From positions 224,001 through 288,000 of the forward strand of contig JAFATB010000022.1 in assembly GCA_019244185.1 (NCBI GenBank): a stretch of DNA of 64,000 bases, in the 5' to 3' direction. Both the position numbers and the translations under genes were made by a program. This stretch comes from Acidobacteriota bacterium (GTDB taxonomy: Bacteria; Acidobacteriota; Thermoanaerobaculia; Gp7-AA8). Under the pieces are notes generated by a model. It ran no database searches. It had not been told where the DNA came from and saw only the letters and a program-made list of their open reading frames with translations. Below are positions 20,395-30,800 of this stretch, one piece after another (positions within the stretch are counted from its first letter, which is position 1; each line of letters starts with the position of its first letter).

Positions 20395-22386
20395 ATGTGC
20401 GGCATCGCCGGCGCATTTCTTCGAGGCGCGGGCTCGCGCGCCGAGCTCGAGTCGGTCGTGACCGGGATGACGTGTGCCATCGAGCACCGCGGCCCCGACG
20501 ACAGCGGCGTCTTCATCGACGAGCGCGCCGGACTCTCGCTCGGCTTCCGCAGGCTCTCGATCATCGACCTCTCGCCGGCCGGACATCAGCCGATGCAGTC
20601 GGCGAGCGGCCGTTACGTTCTCATCTACAACGGTGAGGTCTACAACTACGAGGCCGTGCGCGCGGAGCTCGAGCGCGCCGGCGCGATGTCGTGGCGCGGG
20701 CATTCGGATACGGAAGTCATGCTCGCGGCGATCGAACGCTGGGGACTCGACGGCGCGTTGTCGCGCTTCATCGGCATGTTCGCGATGGCGCTCTGGGATC
20801 GCGCGGAGCAGACGCTGCATCTCGTCCGCGACCGGCTCGGCGTGAAGCCGCTGTACTACAGCTTCGCCGGCAACGCGGTGCTGTTCGCGTCGGAGCTGAA
20901 GGCGATCGAAGCGCATCCGCGCTTCCGCGGCGAGATCGACCGCGACGTCGTCGGTTTGTACGCGCGCTACAGCTACATCCCCGCGCCGTACACGATCTAT
21001 CGCGACACGTGGAAGCTACCGCCGGGTTGCGTGCTCTCGATCAAGCCCGGCGACGCGCGTCCCGAGCCGCGCGCGTACTGGGACCTGCAGGAAGTCGCGC
21101 CACGCGCGATCGCCTCGCGGTTCCGCGGCGGCGATGACGAGGCGCTCGATGCGCTGGATGCGCTCGTCGCCGACGCCGTTCGTCTGCGCATGGTCGCGGA
21201 CGTGCCGCTCGGCGTGTTCCTCTCCGGCGGCATCGACTCCTCGCTGATCGCCGCGGCGATGCAGGCGCAGAACAGCAGTCCGGTGAAGACGTTCTCCATC
21301 GGCTTCCACGAGTCGCTCTACGACGAGGCGCAATACGCCGCCGCGGTCGCGCGCCATCTCGGCACCGCGCACACGGAGCTCTACGTCACGCCGCGCGAAG
21401 CGCAGGACGTCATTCCGCTGCTGCCGCGCATGTACGACGAGCCGTTCGCCGACTCCTCGCAGATCCCGACGTATCTCGTCTCGAAGCTCGCGCGGCAATC
21501 CGTCACCGTGAGCCTCTCCGGCGACGGCGGCGACGAGCTGTTCGGCGGCTACCACCGCTACTTCCTCGGGCAGAAACTGCTGCGCGGCGTCGCGCGCGTG
21601 CCGCGAGCGTTGCGTCCTCCCGCGGGTGCCGCGTTGCGCGCGGTGCCGGTGTGGATGTGGAACCGCCTGCTCTCGCCGGAGTCGCGCATCATGCCGCGCG
21701 CGCTGCGCCGCGACCGCGCCGGCGAACGGCTGCACAAGTTCGCGCGCGCAATGAACGACCGCAGCGACGACGCGCTCTACCACGAGATCGTCACGCAGTG
21801 GTCGAGCGTCGTCCCGGGCGCGCGTCCGCTGCCGATCGCGATCACCGCACGCGCCGCGCGCGCGCCGATCGCCGACACGATCGAGCGCATGATGTTCTTC
21901 GATCAGCTCTCGTATCTGCCCGACGACATCCTCGTGAAAGTCGATCGCGCGAGCATGGCCGTGAGCCTCGAGGCGCGCGAGCCGCTGCTCGATCATCGCC
22001 TCGTCGAGTTCGCGTGGTCGCTGCCGCTGTCGATGAAGATCCGCGACGGCAAGGGGAAGTGGATCCTGCGCAAGCTGCTGACGCGCTACGTGCCGGAGGC
22101 GCTCATCGAGCGGCCGAAGATGGGCTTCGGCCTGCCGATCGATCAGTGGCTGCGCGGTCCGCTACGCGGCTGGGCCGAAGAGCTGCTCGATCCGCGGCGG
22201 CTGCGGCAGGATGGTTTCTTCGATGCGACCGAGGTCCGCACGAAGTGGGACGAACACCTCGGCGGCCGCGGCGAATGGCAGCAGCCGCTCTGGACCATTC
22301 TCATGTTCCAGGCGTGGCGTGCGGAGCGCCGCGCATCAGCGGACGGAACGGCGCTTCCCGCCGCCGCCGCCACCGCAATCGGTTAG
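20395..22386 (+). CDS. asnB: Asparagine synthase (glutamine-hydrolysing) family amidotransferase, probably glycan-amidating
   Basis: N-terminal MCGIAG, HRGPD, RLSIID, FLSGGIDSS, SGDGGDELFGGY. Confidence 0.93.
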   Translation: MCGIAGAFLRGAGSRAELESVVTGMTCAIEHRGPDDSGVFIDERAGLSLGFRRLSIIDLSPAGHQPMQSASGRYVLIYNGEVYNYEAVRAELERAGAMSWRGHSDTEVMLAAIERWGLDGALSRFIGMFAMALWDRAEQTLHLVRDRLGVKPLYYSFAGNAVLFASELKAIEAHPRFRGEIDRDVVGLYARYSYIPAPYTIYRDTWKLPPGCVLSIKPGDARPEPRAYWDLQEVAPRAIASRFRGGDDEALDALDALVADAVRLRMVADVPLGVFLSGGIDSSLIAAAMQAQNSSPVKTFSIGFHESLYDEAQYAAAVARHLGTAHTELYVTPREAQDVIPLLPRMYDEPFADSSQIPTYLVSKLARQSVTVSLSGDGGDELFGGYHRYFLGQKLLRGVARVPRALRPPAGAALRAVPVWMWNRLLSPESRIMPRALRRDRAGERLHKFARAMNDRSDDALYHEIVTQWSSVVPGARPLPIAITARAARAPIADTIERMMFFDQLSYLPDDILVKVDRASMAVSLEAREPLLDHRLVEFAWSLPLSMKIRDGKGKWILRKLLTRYVPEALIERPKMGFGLPIDQWLRGPLRGWAEELLDPRRLRQDGFFDATEVRTKWDEHLGGRGEWQQPLWTILMFQAWRAERRASADGTALPAAAATAIG

Positions 22387-22773
22387 CGACGTCACCACCG
22401 CGCGGCCGTCCGGAACGCTCAGCACGATCGGCGCGTGACACATGTCCATGCCGTCGTAGTGATTCGTCGCGCCGTCCATCGAGTCGAACACCTCGCACGC
22501 GAACGGCTCCTCGGGCGGAATGTAGATCGAGCCTTCCTCGACGCGGCGGAGGATCAGCCACGGCCGGTCGTCGCGTCCGGTCGGCAGCGTGATCACGTAC
22601 TTGTCGCCGCCGGCCATGACGAGCGCGGCCGCGGCGCAGTTCCACGTCGCGCACGACGTGACGATCCAGGTGTAGCGAATCGGGTTGGTGGTCGGCGGTG
22701 CATCGTCCGCCTGAGCGGCCGCGGCAGTGAGCAACAGCGCGGCGGCGAGCACAGCTCCAATCGATCGGTTCAT
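22336..22773 (-). CDS. Secreted hypothetical protein with a Gly-rich/basic C-terminal tail
   Basis: Signal peptide MNRSIGAVLAAALLLTAAAAQA; five Cys; ends DCGGGGGGKRRSVR. Confidence 0.75.
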   Translation of the reverse strand: MNRSIGAVLAAALLLTAAAAQADDAPPTTNPIRYTWIVTSCATWNCAAAALVMAGGDKYVITLPTGRDDRPWLILRRVEEGSIYIPPEEPFACEVFDSMDGATNHYDGMDMCHAPIVLSVPDGRAVVTSLTDCGGGGGGKRRSVR

Positions 22774-22814
22774 GACACGGGTCTCCAACGATCGCCTCTG
22801 AAATCCACGTGCCA

Positions 22815-22828
22815 GTGACATGCGTCAC
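22815..22828. promoter_or_regulatory. CRP/FNR-type palindrome GTGA-N6-TCAC
   Basis: GTGACATGCGTCAC in the divergent intergenic region. Confidence 0.5.
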
Positions 22829-22881
22829 GTGCAAAGAAGTAGGCAGGCTCTTTTCATACGTATAACTTTTTCGGAGGCCCC

Positions 22882-24816
22882 ATGAGACGCACAGCGGTAA
22901 TCTTCCTCTCCGTCGTCCTGCTCCTGCTCGCGGGAAGCGCGCTGGCCGGCACGTTCATCGTGCCCGACGACGACGAGATGGTGACGAAAGCAGATGCAAT
23001 CGTCGTCGGCACGGTCGAGGGCGCTTACGCGCAGGAAGCCGACAACACGATCGAAACGGTGTACGAGATTCGCCTCGAGCGCGCGGTCAAAGGGATCGCG
23101 GAACCCAATGCGTTGCTTCGCGTCGTGACGATGGGCGGCGTGATCGGCGACCGCGGCGTCATCGTGTCCGGCGAGGCGCAGTACGAACAGGGCGAGCGCG
23201 TGCTGGTCTTTCTCACGCGCGACCGCGGCCGCTGGCGCACGACCGATCTCACGCTCGGCAAATTCAAGTTCGCGACGTCGACGACCGGCGAGCGTCTTCT
23301 CGTCCGCGACATGGACGACGTCCTCGGCTGGGACCGCTCCGGCGCCGTGCATCAGGAGCCGGTGCGCAAAGAAGAAGGCTTCATGCGCTTCGTCGAGGCG
23401 CGCGCGCACGGACGCGCCGCGCAGCAGGACTACAGCGTCGATCCGTCCGAGGTGATGTTGCCGGCGAAACCGGCACCGCTTGCGAAGGCGTTGCAGCAGA
23501 TGAGCAGCTACGGATTGCAGCAGGCGGCGACGACGTACGACCCCGCGACGTACACGAGCTGGGTGAACAACACGCCGACGCGCTGGCCGAACATCTCCGC
23601 CGGCGTGACCTGGTACAAACGCTCCGATCAGAACATCTCCGGCGCCGCGGACGGCGGCGTGAGCGTGATTCAGGGCGGACTGGCCGCATGGACGAATGAA
23701 TGCGGCTCGAACATCAACCTGATGTACGGCGGCCAGACGGCGACGGTGTCGAAGAACTTCGACAGCACGAACGTCGTCGAGTTCAACGATCCGCAGGGCC
23801 GCGTTTCGGGGTCGTGGACCGGCGCCGGAACCGTGGCCATCACGTTCACGTCGTTCGGCAGCAACCACACGTTTCTCAACCGGTCGTGGCTCAGCATCAC
23901 CGACGCGGACGTCGTCTTTCAGGACGGCTTTCCGGGAACCAGCTCCGCGTTTGCGCCCGCGATGACGCATGAGCTCGGACATGGCATCGGCTGGCGCCAC
24001 TCGAACCAGAGCCATCTCAACGGCGGCACGTGCGACTCGACGGTCGAAGAGTGCACGAGCGCCGCGATCATGAACTCGAGCGTCAACGGCAACTACGGCT
24101 TCACGCTGCAGCCGTGGGACATTCACGCCGCGCAGGGCGTATATCCGGGCGGCACGTGCGGGGGCGGGACGACGTGCACGCCTCCGACGATCACGACGCA
24201 GCCGACGGCGAGGACGGTGGCGGCGGGGATCTCCACCACCATCACCGTCACCGCAACCGGCACCGGGCTCACGTACGAGTGGTACGTCGGCGCGCCGGGC
24301 AACACGGCCAATCGCATCCCCGGCGTCAGCGGGCCGTCGCTCACCGTGACGCCGGGCGCGACGACGACGTACTGGGTGCGCGTCGTCGGCCAATGCGGCA
24401 CCGCGAACAGCACCGCCGCGACCGTGACCGTCACGGCGGGAACGGCCGCCGCGAGCACGGCCTCGAAGCTGTATCTCGTCACGCCGTGCCGTACGCTCGA
24501 CACGCGCGCCGGCAGCCCGCTGTATCCCGCGAGCACGCAGCTCGTCACGATCACGGGTAAGTGCGGCGTGCCGGCCGGCGCGAAGGCGATCGTCATGAAC
24601 ATCACCGCGGTCACGCCGGCGTCGAACGGAACGCTCATCGCGTATCCCGGCACCGGCGAGGCGCCGCCGGGCACGAGCACGGTCAGCTACCGCACGGGTC
24701 GCACGCGTGCGAACAACTCGATCATGCGTCTCTCGTCCGATGGACGTCTGGCCATCTACAACAGCGGCCCGAGCGCGATTCACTTTCTCATCGACGTCAC
24801 GGGCTACTTCCAATGA
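22882..24816 (+). CDS. Secreted metzincin (matrixin/M10-like) metalloprotease with an Ig-like domain and the conserved CTD
   Basis: Signal peptide; HELGHGIGWRH; Met-turn AIMNS; CTD YLVTPCR...IDVTGYFQ. Confidence 0.85.
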   Translation: MRRTAVIFLSVVLLLLAGSALAGTFIVPDDDEMVTKADAIVVGTVEGAYAQEADNTIETVYEIRLERAVKGIAEPNALLRVVTMGGVIGDRGVIVSGEAQYEQGERVLVFLTRDRGRWRTTDLTLGKFKFATSTTGERLLVRDMDDVLGWDRSGAVHQEPVRKEEGFMRFVEARAHGRAAQQDYSVDPSEVMLPAKPAPLAKALQQMSSYGLQQAATTYDPATYTSWVNNTPTRWPNISAGVTWYKRSDQNISGAADGGVSVIQGGLAAWTNECGSNINLMYGGQTATVSKNFDSTNVVEFNDPQGRVSGSWTGAGTVAITFTSFGSNHTFLNRSWLSITDADVVFQDGFPGTSSAFAPAMTHELGHGIGWRHSNQSHLNGGTCDSTVEECTSAAIMNSSVNGNYGFTLQPWDIHAAQGVYPGGTCGGGTTCTPPTITTQPTARTVAAGISTTITVTATGTGLTYEWYVGAPGNTANRIPGVSGPSLTVTPGATTTYWVRVVGQCGTANSTAATVTVTAGTAAASTASKLYLVTPCRTLDTRAGSPLYPASTQLVTITGKCGVPAGAKAIVMNITAVTPASNGTLIAYPGTGEAPPGTSTVSYRTGRTRANNSIMRLSSDGRLAIYNSGPSAIHFLIDVTGYFQ

Positions 24817-24825
24817 TCCGCGAGC

Positions 24826-24861
24826 GGCGGGCGGCGGGTTTTGTCCCGCCGCCTGCCTTTT
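24826..24861 (+). terminator. Intrinsic terminator
   Basis: GGCGGGCGGCGGG-TTTTGT-CCCGCCGCCTGCC-TTTT just after the stop. Confidence 0.75.
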
Positions 24862-24872
24862 CCGAGAATTTC

Positions 24873-24914
24873 GTGAGCGGCGTCACCGGTTCATGTGCCA
24901 ATAACCCTTATCGT
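24873..24914 (+). promoter_or_regulatory. CRP-type box GTGAGCGGCGTCAC (24873-24886) with -10 TATCGT (24909-24914): class II geometry (-41.5)
   Basis: Box centre is 29.5 nt upstream of the first base of the -10 hexamer. Confidence 0.55.
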
Positions 24915-24930
24915 CAACCGGGTTCAACAC

Positions 24931-27258
24931 ATGAGCAAGCGAGCATCCTCTGTTCTCTTTGTCGCTGTCGTTGCGTTCATCGCGGCCACTCGTGCCGACG
25001 CGGGCATTCAGTCGCGCGCCGACGGAGACGTGATCTCGCCGCTCCTGCGGCCGATGGCGACCGGCACGCGCGTGCAGCTGCGCCACATTCCGGTGGGCGA
25101 TGCACTCGACGCGTCTCTCGATCTCGAGCGCTTCGAAGTGTGGGCGCCGAATGCGGAGCTCGTCGTGGAGCATGACGGCGGACAGCGCACGCACATCGCG
25201 CCGCCGCCGGTGCAGTACTTCCGCGGCACCGTCTCCGGCGATCCGGAATCGATGGTGTTCCTGGCGGTGCGCAGCGATGGCGCGACCGAGGGTCTCGTGA
25301 TTTCGAAGGAGCGCAGGTTCACGGTGCGCTCGCGTTCGCCGAAAGACATCGTGGTCGAAGACGTCGCGGCGACGGATGACTACACGCCGGGCGGCGGCTT
25401 CATGTGCGATCTCGACGGCGCGCCGGTCTCGTTGAAAGGCGGCACGCTTCCGAGCGTCCGCTCGCTGGTTTCCGGCATCGATCCGCAGACGAACGGCACG
25501 CTCAGCGCCACGGGCACGTGGACGCTGAACCTCGCCATCGAGACCGACAACGAGCTGTATGTCGACTTCAGCTCGAATCCGACCACTGTCGCGACGTTCA
25601 TCGGCAACGTCGTCGGCGCGGCATCGACGATCTACAAGCGCGATCTGCAGACGGATCTGCTCATCACGTTCTCGCGCATCCAGGCCACGGCGTCCGATCC
25701 GTGGACCATCAATCCCGGCTCGACCGGTACGTGGAACGGCTCGTCGACGACGTACACGACCTCGCACGCGCTCGCCGAACTCGGCGACGTCTGGGCCAAC
25801 AGCGGCACGCGTCCTTACAACGGTCCGCGTTCTTCCGTCGTGCTGATGAGCGGCAAGTCGCAGACCGCCGGCGTCGCGTGGATCGGCGCGTCGTGCACCG
25901 CCGACTCGCTTTGCAGCGGCGCGGGATGCGGCATCTTCAACGGCCACTACTCGGGCGGCTTTGCCTACATCGGCCTCGGCAATCCGAGCGCGACCGTGCC
26001 CAATCCCGATGCGACCGTCAATGGCGTTCCGTATGGTCTTCCGTCGACGAACTACTGGCCCGTCCTCGGCTTCGCGCACGAGCTCGGACACAACGTCGGC
26101 TCGCAGCACACGCACTGCGTCGCGCTGACCGCGGATCAGAAGACCGCGTACAACGTCACGCGCAGCTACATCGACGAGTGCTACGCCGGCGAAGGCGGCT
26201 GCTACGGTGGCGCCACGAGCGTTCCCCCGGAGAAGGGGACGATCATGAGCTACTGCCATCTCACGTTCTCCGGCGGCTTTCCGCAGAGCCGGTTTCTCTT
26301 CGGCAAAGCCGGTGAGCCGAGCGAGTTGATTCAGCAGGCGATCAAGAGCTACATCAACAGCCGCACGCCCGCGTCGCCGGCGATCAGCGCGCCCGCTTCG
26401 GTCGCATCGGGCGCGAGCGGCAACGCGTCGATCAATTCGCCCGTAGCCGGCCTCACGTACGACTGGACGATCACGAACGGCACGATCAACGGCAGTACGC
26501 AGGGCTCTTCGATCAACTTCACCGCGACGACGAACCCCGTCACGCTGCGCGTGCGCGGCACGAACACGTCGGGCTGCTCCGCATCCGATTCCGTGAACGT
26601 CACCGTCACCGCCGCCTGCACGCCGCCTTCGATCACCAGCGTCAATGCGAACGTCGTCATCACGAGCGGCACCACCGTCGAGTTGAACGCCACGGCGACC
26701 GGCACCGGACCGATCACGTATCAGTGGTACGTGGGAGAGTCGGGCGACGTCTCGACGCCGGCAGCGGTCGGCAATCCGATCAACGCCACGCCGTTGTCCA
26801 CGACCGCGTATTGGGTGCGCGCGTCGAACGCGTGCGGATCTGCGGACAGCCGCACCGTGCGTCTCGGGGTGGTCGACCCGCCGACGACGAGCGCATTGCT
26901 CTACATCGTCACGCCGTGCCGCCTCATCGATACACGCGGTCCCGCCGGACCGCACGGCGGACCCGCGATCGCGAACCTCGGCACGCGCGACGTCGCCGTC
27001 GCCGGCTCGTGCGGAATCCCCGCCGACGCCAAGGCCGTGGTCGCCAACATCACGGCGGTCGCGCCCGCGACCACCGGCTTCCTCGCTTTTTATCCCACTG
27101 GCTCTACCTGGCCAGGAAATAGCACCATGAACTACCGGACGGGCAAAACCCGCGCGAATAATGCGACACTGGTGTTGTCTGCTGCCGGAAGCGTCACGGT
27201 GTTGAATAATGGCTCTACGCAGAATTTCATTGTCGATGTGACCGGCTACTACAAGTGA
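24931..27258 (+). CDS. Secreted reprolysin-like (M12B) zinc metalloprotease with Ig-like domains and the CTD
   Basis: Signal peptide; LAIETDNE, GVAWIG, HELGHNVGSQH, GTIMSYC; CTD YIVTPCR...VDVTGYYK. Confidence 0.85.
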   Translation: MSKRASSVLFVAVVAFIAATRADAGIQSRADGDVISPLLRPMATGTRVQLRHIPVGDALDASLDLERFEVWAPNAELVVEHDGGQRTHIAPPPVQYFRGTVSGDPESMVFLAVRSDGATEGLVISKERRFTVRSRSPKDIVVEDVAATDDYTPGGGFMCDLDGAPVSLKGGTLPSVRSLVSGIDPQTNGTLSATGTWTLNLAIETDNELYVDFSSNPTTVATFIGNVVGAASTIYKRDLQTDLLITFSRIQATASDPWTINPGSTGTWNGSSTTYTTSHALAELGDVWANSGTRPYNGPRSSVVLMSGKSQTAGVAWIGASCTADSLCSGAGCGIFNGHYSGGFAYIGLGNPSATVPNPDATVNGVPYGLPSTNYWPVLGFAHELGHNVGSQHTHCVALTADQKTAYNVTRSYIDECYAGEGGCYGGATSVPPEKGTIMSYCHLTFSGGFPQSRFLFGKAGEPSELIQQAIKSYINSRTPASPAISAPASVASGASGNASINSPVAGLTYDWTITNGTINGSTQGSSINFTATTNPVTLRVRGTNTSGCSASDSVNVTVTAACTPPSITSVNANVVITSGTTVELNATATGTGPITYQWYVGESGDVSTPAAVGNPINATPLSTTAYWVRASNACGSADSRTVRLGVVDPPTTSALLYIVTPCRLIDTRGPAGPHGGPAIANLGTRDVAVAGSCGIPADAKAVVANITAVAPATTGFLAFYPTGSTWPGNSTMNYRTGKTRANNATLVLSAAGSVTVLNNGSTQNFIVDVTGYYK

Positions 27259-27268
27259 GGTGACCCTG

Positions 27269-27718
27269 ATGCGACGCCTGATCCTTTCCGCAGTTTTCTT
27301 CGCCCTGCTCGCCCTTCCGCGAATCGCTTCCGCGCAGAGCGGGCCGTACTCGTACTATCCGCTGTCGCCGTGCCGCGTCGTCGACACGCGCAATGCGAAC
27401 GGCACGAACGGCGGTCCCGCGTTCGGCACCGACGCCACGCGTAACTTCCAGATTCGCGGCTTCTGCGGCGTTCCGACGACTGCGAAGGCGGTGTCGCTGA
27501 ACGTAACCGTGACGCAGGCCAGCCAGGCCAGCTGGCTCGCCGTGTGGCCGTCCGGCACGGCCCGTCCCGTGGTCTCGATGATCAACTTCGAGCCGACCGA
27601 CCCCGCGCTCGCGAACGGCATCATCGTCGGCCTCTCGTCGGCGACACAGGACCTTTCCGTCTACAACAACTTCGGCAGCGTCCACGTGATCATCGACGTC
27701 ACCGGCTATTTCCAATAG
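27269..27718 (+). CDS. Small secreted protein consisting only of a signal peptide and the CTD
   Basis: GAGG RBS then MRRLILSAVFFALLALPRIASA; YYPLSPCRVVDTR...CGVP...IDVTGYFQ. Confidence 0.85.
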   Translation: MRRLILSAVFFALLALPRIASAQSGPYSYYPLSPCRVVDTRNANGTNGGPAFGTDATRNFQIRGFCGVPTTAKAVSLNVTVTQASQASWLAVWPSGTARPVVSMINFEPTDPALANGIIVGLSSATQDLSVYNNFGSVHVIIDVTGYFQ

Positions 27719-27744
27719 CCGGCGTCGCCGCGTGCGATCGGGAA

Positions 27745-27776
27745 CGGCGCGCCTCCGGGCGTGCCGAATTTTTTTT
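27745..27776 (+). terminator. Intrinsic terminator after the CTD-only gene
   Basis: CGGCGCGCC-TCCG-GGCGTGCCG-AA-T8. Confidence 0.75.
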
Positions 27777-27809
27777 GGGGCATTTCACGTTCCTCGCCGC
27801 AGGTCCATC

Positions 27810-30800
27810 ATGCTCAAGCCATCGAACGCGTTCCTGCGGCGCACGCTCCCGCTTTGTCTCGCGCTTGTTCTGCTCGCGCCGTCTGTGTTTGCACAGGCAC
27901 TCACCGTGACGCGGTTCGCCGGCTCCGATTCCGGACCGGGTTATGCCGACGGCACGGGCAGCGCCGCACGCGTCCATGACGTGCGGGCGATTGCAACGGA
28001 TGCAGCCGGGAACGGCTACATTGTCGATCGGACGCAAAACGTCATTCGCAAGATGACGCCATCGGGCGTGGTGACGACGTTTGCCGGCCGTGAAGGAGCG
28101 TCGGGATTCGCGGATGGGCGTGGCGCTGCTGCGCGCTTCGACAGCCCGGAAGGCATCGCCGTGGATGATCGCGGCTACGTCTACGTCGCCGACTCCGCTA
28201 ACGGACGGATCCGTGTGATCTCTCCCGAAGGCGTGGTCACGTCACTCACTCCGGCGTACGCGTTCAACTGGCCGGATGGTGTGGCCGTGGACAATGTGGG
28301 CAACGTGTATGTGGCCGAGGTGACCGGCCATACCGTGCGCGTCATCCGCCCCAACGGAGCGGTGTCGCTGGTCGCCGGCTCGGCGGGTGTCTCAGGAACG
28401 GCGGACGGGATTGGCGCCGCGGCGAGGTTCGGGAACATCTTCAGTCTCACCTGGAATCGTGCGACGGGAGAGTTGCTCGTCGCCGAGTCCGACCGCATTC
28501 GGAAAATCACGATCGATCGCGCGACGCTGCAAGGCACGGTCGCTACAGTGGCGGTCCCCGGCAATTACGTGAATGCAGTCACGGTCGATGCTTCCGGCGT
28601 TCTGTATGCGGCGGTCAGCACCAGCGTCGTGTTGCGCGTCAGCGGGGGCGTTGCCTCCATCTACGCCGGCAGTCAGTATCACCTGCAGGGCAGCAACGAC
28701 GGCTCGCTCGATGCGGCGAGGTTCATTTTTCCCTCCGGGATCGCTGCCGCCCCCGGCGGTGTCCTGTACGTGGTTGATTTCGGCACGACCGACGTCCGCA
28801 AGCTTGCCGGCGGCTTCGTCACGACCATCGCCGGCACGCCGGTGCGATACGGGTCGTCCGGTGGTACGTGCGATACGACGCAGTTCCGCTACCCGACGGA
28901 TACGGTCGTGGACAGTCACGGCAACGTCTTCGTTGCGGACCAGCTCGTGATCGCCAAGATCACGCCCGCCTGTCAGGTGCAGGTGTTTGCCGGCTCTTAC
29001 GACCACTACGTTTCGCACGACGGAACGGGAGTCAACGCCGCGTTTTCCAGCCTCGGGACGCTCGCCATCGACGCCAACGACAATCTGTACGCCGTCGATG
29101 CGAATGCGATCCGCAAGATCACGCCGGCCGGAGTCGTCACGACGTACGCTGGAGTCGCGGACCAGAGCGGCAGCGCGAACGGCAACGGAATCAACGCGCG
29201 TTTCTCGTCTCCATTCGGCATCGCCGTCGACGCCTCCGGCAACGTGTTCGTCGCCGATCAGAACCACGTCATCCGCAAGATCACGACCTCCGGAGACGTG
29301 AGTCTGGTTGCCGGTGCCGTCGGTCAGCAGGGCTCCTCGGACGGCACGGCGGGAGCGGCGCGTTTCAATGTGCCGGCGGGAATGGCCTTCGGAGCCGACG
29401 GAACTCTCTACGTCGCCGACTACATGAATGACACCATCCGGAAAATCACGATGCCGGACGCGGTCGTCTCGACGCTCGCCGGTAGTCCTGGCCAGTGGGG
29501 GTGGACGGACGGCACCGGTGCGAGCGCACTGTTCGACGCCCCGTCCGACGTGGTCATCGGCAGTGACGGTCGTCTCTACGTCTCCGATGGGAACCACGTC
29601 ATCCGGCAGATCGTGGGCAATGTCGTGTCGACCGTGGCCGGCCGCGCCCGGCAGTCGGGGAACGTCGACGGAACCGGCCAGATCGCGCGGTTCCACACGA
29701 ACGGCGGTCTCAGCGCAGACACCCAGGGGAATCTCTACATCGCCGACGTGGCTGCGTACAACGTCCGCCGCGCGCGGCTGCCGGGCATCGACGACGTCGC
29801 GACGGCATCGACGACGACGCCGGCCCTCCACACGACCGTACAGCTTGGAACCGCGCCCGCCACGGCGACGAGCTGGCAGTGGAGCATCGTGCGCCGGCCG
29901 TCCGGCTCGACGGCGGAGCTCTCGTCTTCGATCAGCCGCACTCCGACGTTTGCTCCGGACGTCGCCGACGTCTATACGCTCATGCTGCGTGCCGAAGGCG
30001 CGGCCGGCGTACGCTACTCCACTATCGACGTCGCGCCCACGGATCCGTGTTCACCGATTGCGTCCGTCGTTGCGACGCTGAGTGGTTCCTCCTGCGTCGC
30101 GTCGGGCAGCACCGCCACGGTGAACGTCAGCGGAGGCGGCGCGGTGACGTACCAGTGGGGCTGGCGCTCGGTCTCCGCCGGCACGATCACGCCGCTCCCG
30201 GGGAAGACATCCTCAGCCTATACGATCGATGCCGCGGACTTTGGCGCCGGCAGCCCGGCCTATCTCGTTGCCACCGTGACATCCGAATGCGGTGTCGTCA
30301 CGACGTCCAACGAAGTGCCTGTCAGCACGGGTCCGTCGGCGACGATCTCCGCGAGCAGCAATGTCTTCGCGAATGCCGCAGACAACTACGCCTCCGTATC
30401 TGCCGCCGGAGCGTCCGCGACCTACGCATGGTCGATCACGAACGGCACCATCTCCGCGGGGCAGGGAACGAATCGCATCGTCTACACCGCGGGAGCGAGC
30501 GGCGAAGTGGTGCTGAGCGTGACGGTCACCGATGGTTGTCCCACGACGAGCGAGGTGCATGTGCCGGTCGTGCCGCGCCCCGCGGGTGCATCGATGCTGT
30601 ATCTCGTCACGCCGTGCCGCGTGTTCGACAGCCGTAACGGCGCGCCGCTCGCGAATCACAGCATTCGCACGGTCGCGATCGGAGGCTCGTGCGGCGTGCC
30701 GGTGGACGCGCGGAGCATCGCGGCGAACATCACCGTCGTCGCGCCGGCGACGACCGGATGGGTGTCGCTCTTTCCCGACGCGAACAACTGGCCGGGCACG

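Noticed and set aside
22336-22400. GlyGly-CTERM rhombosortase signal
   Set aside because: A Gly run and basic tail are present but the required transmembrane helix between them is absent
22799-22814. Sigma-54 promoter on the minus strand (TGGCAC-GTGGA-TTTCA)
   Set aside because: The -24 element fits but the near-invariant -12 GC is TC; too weak to call
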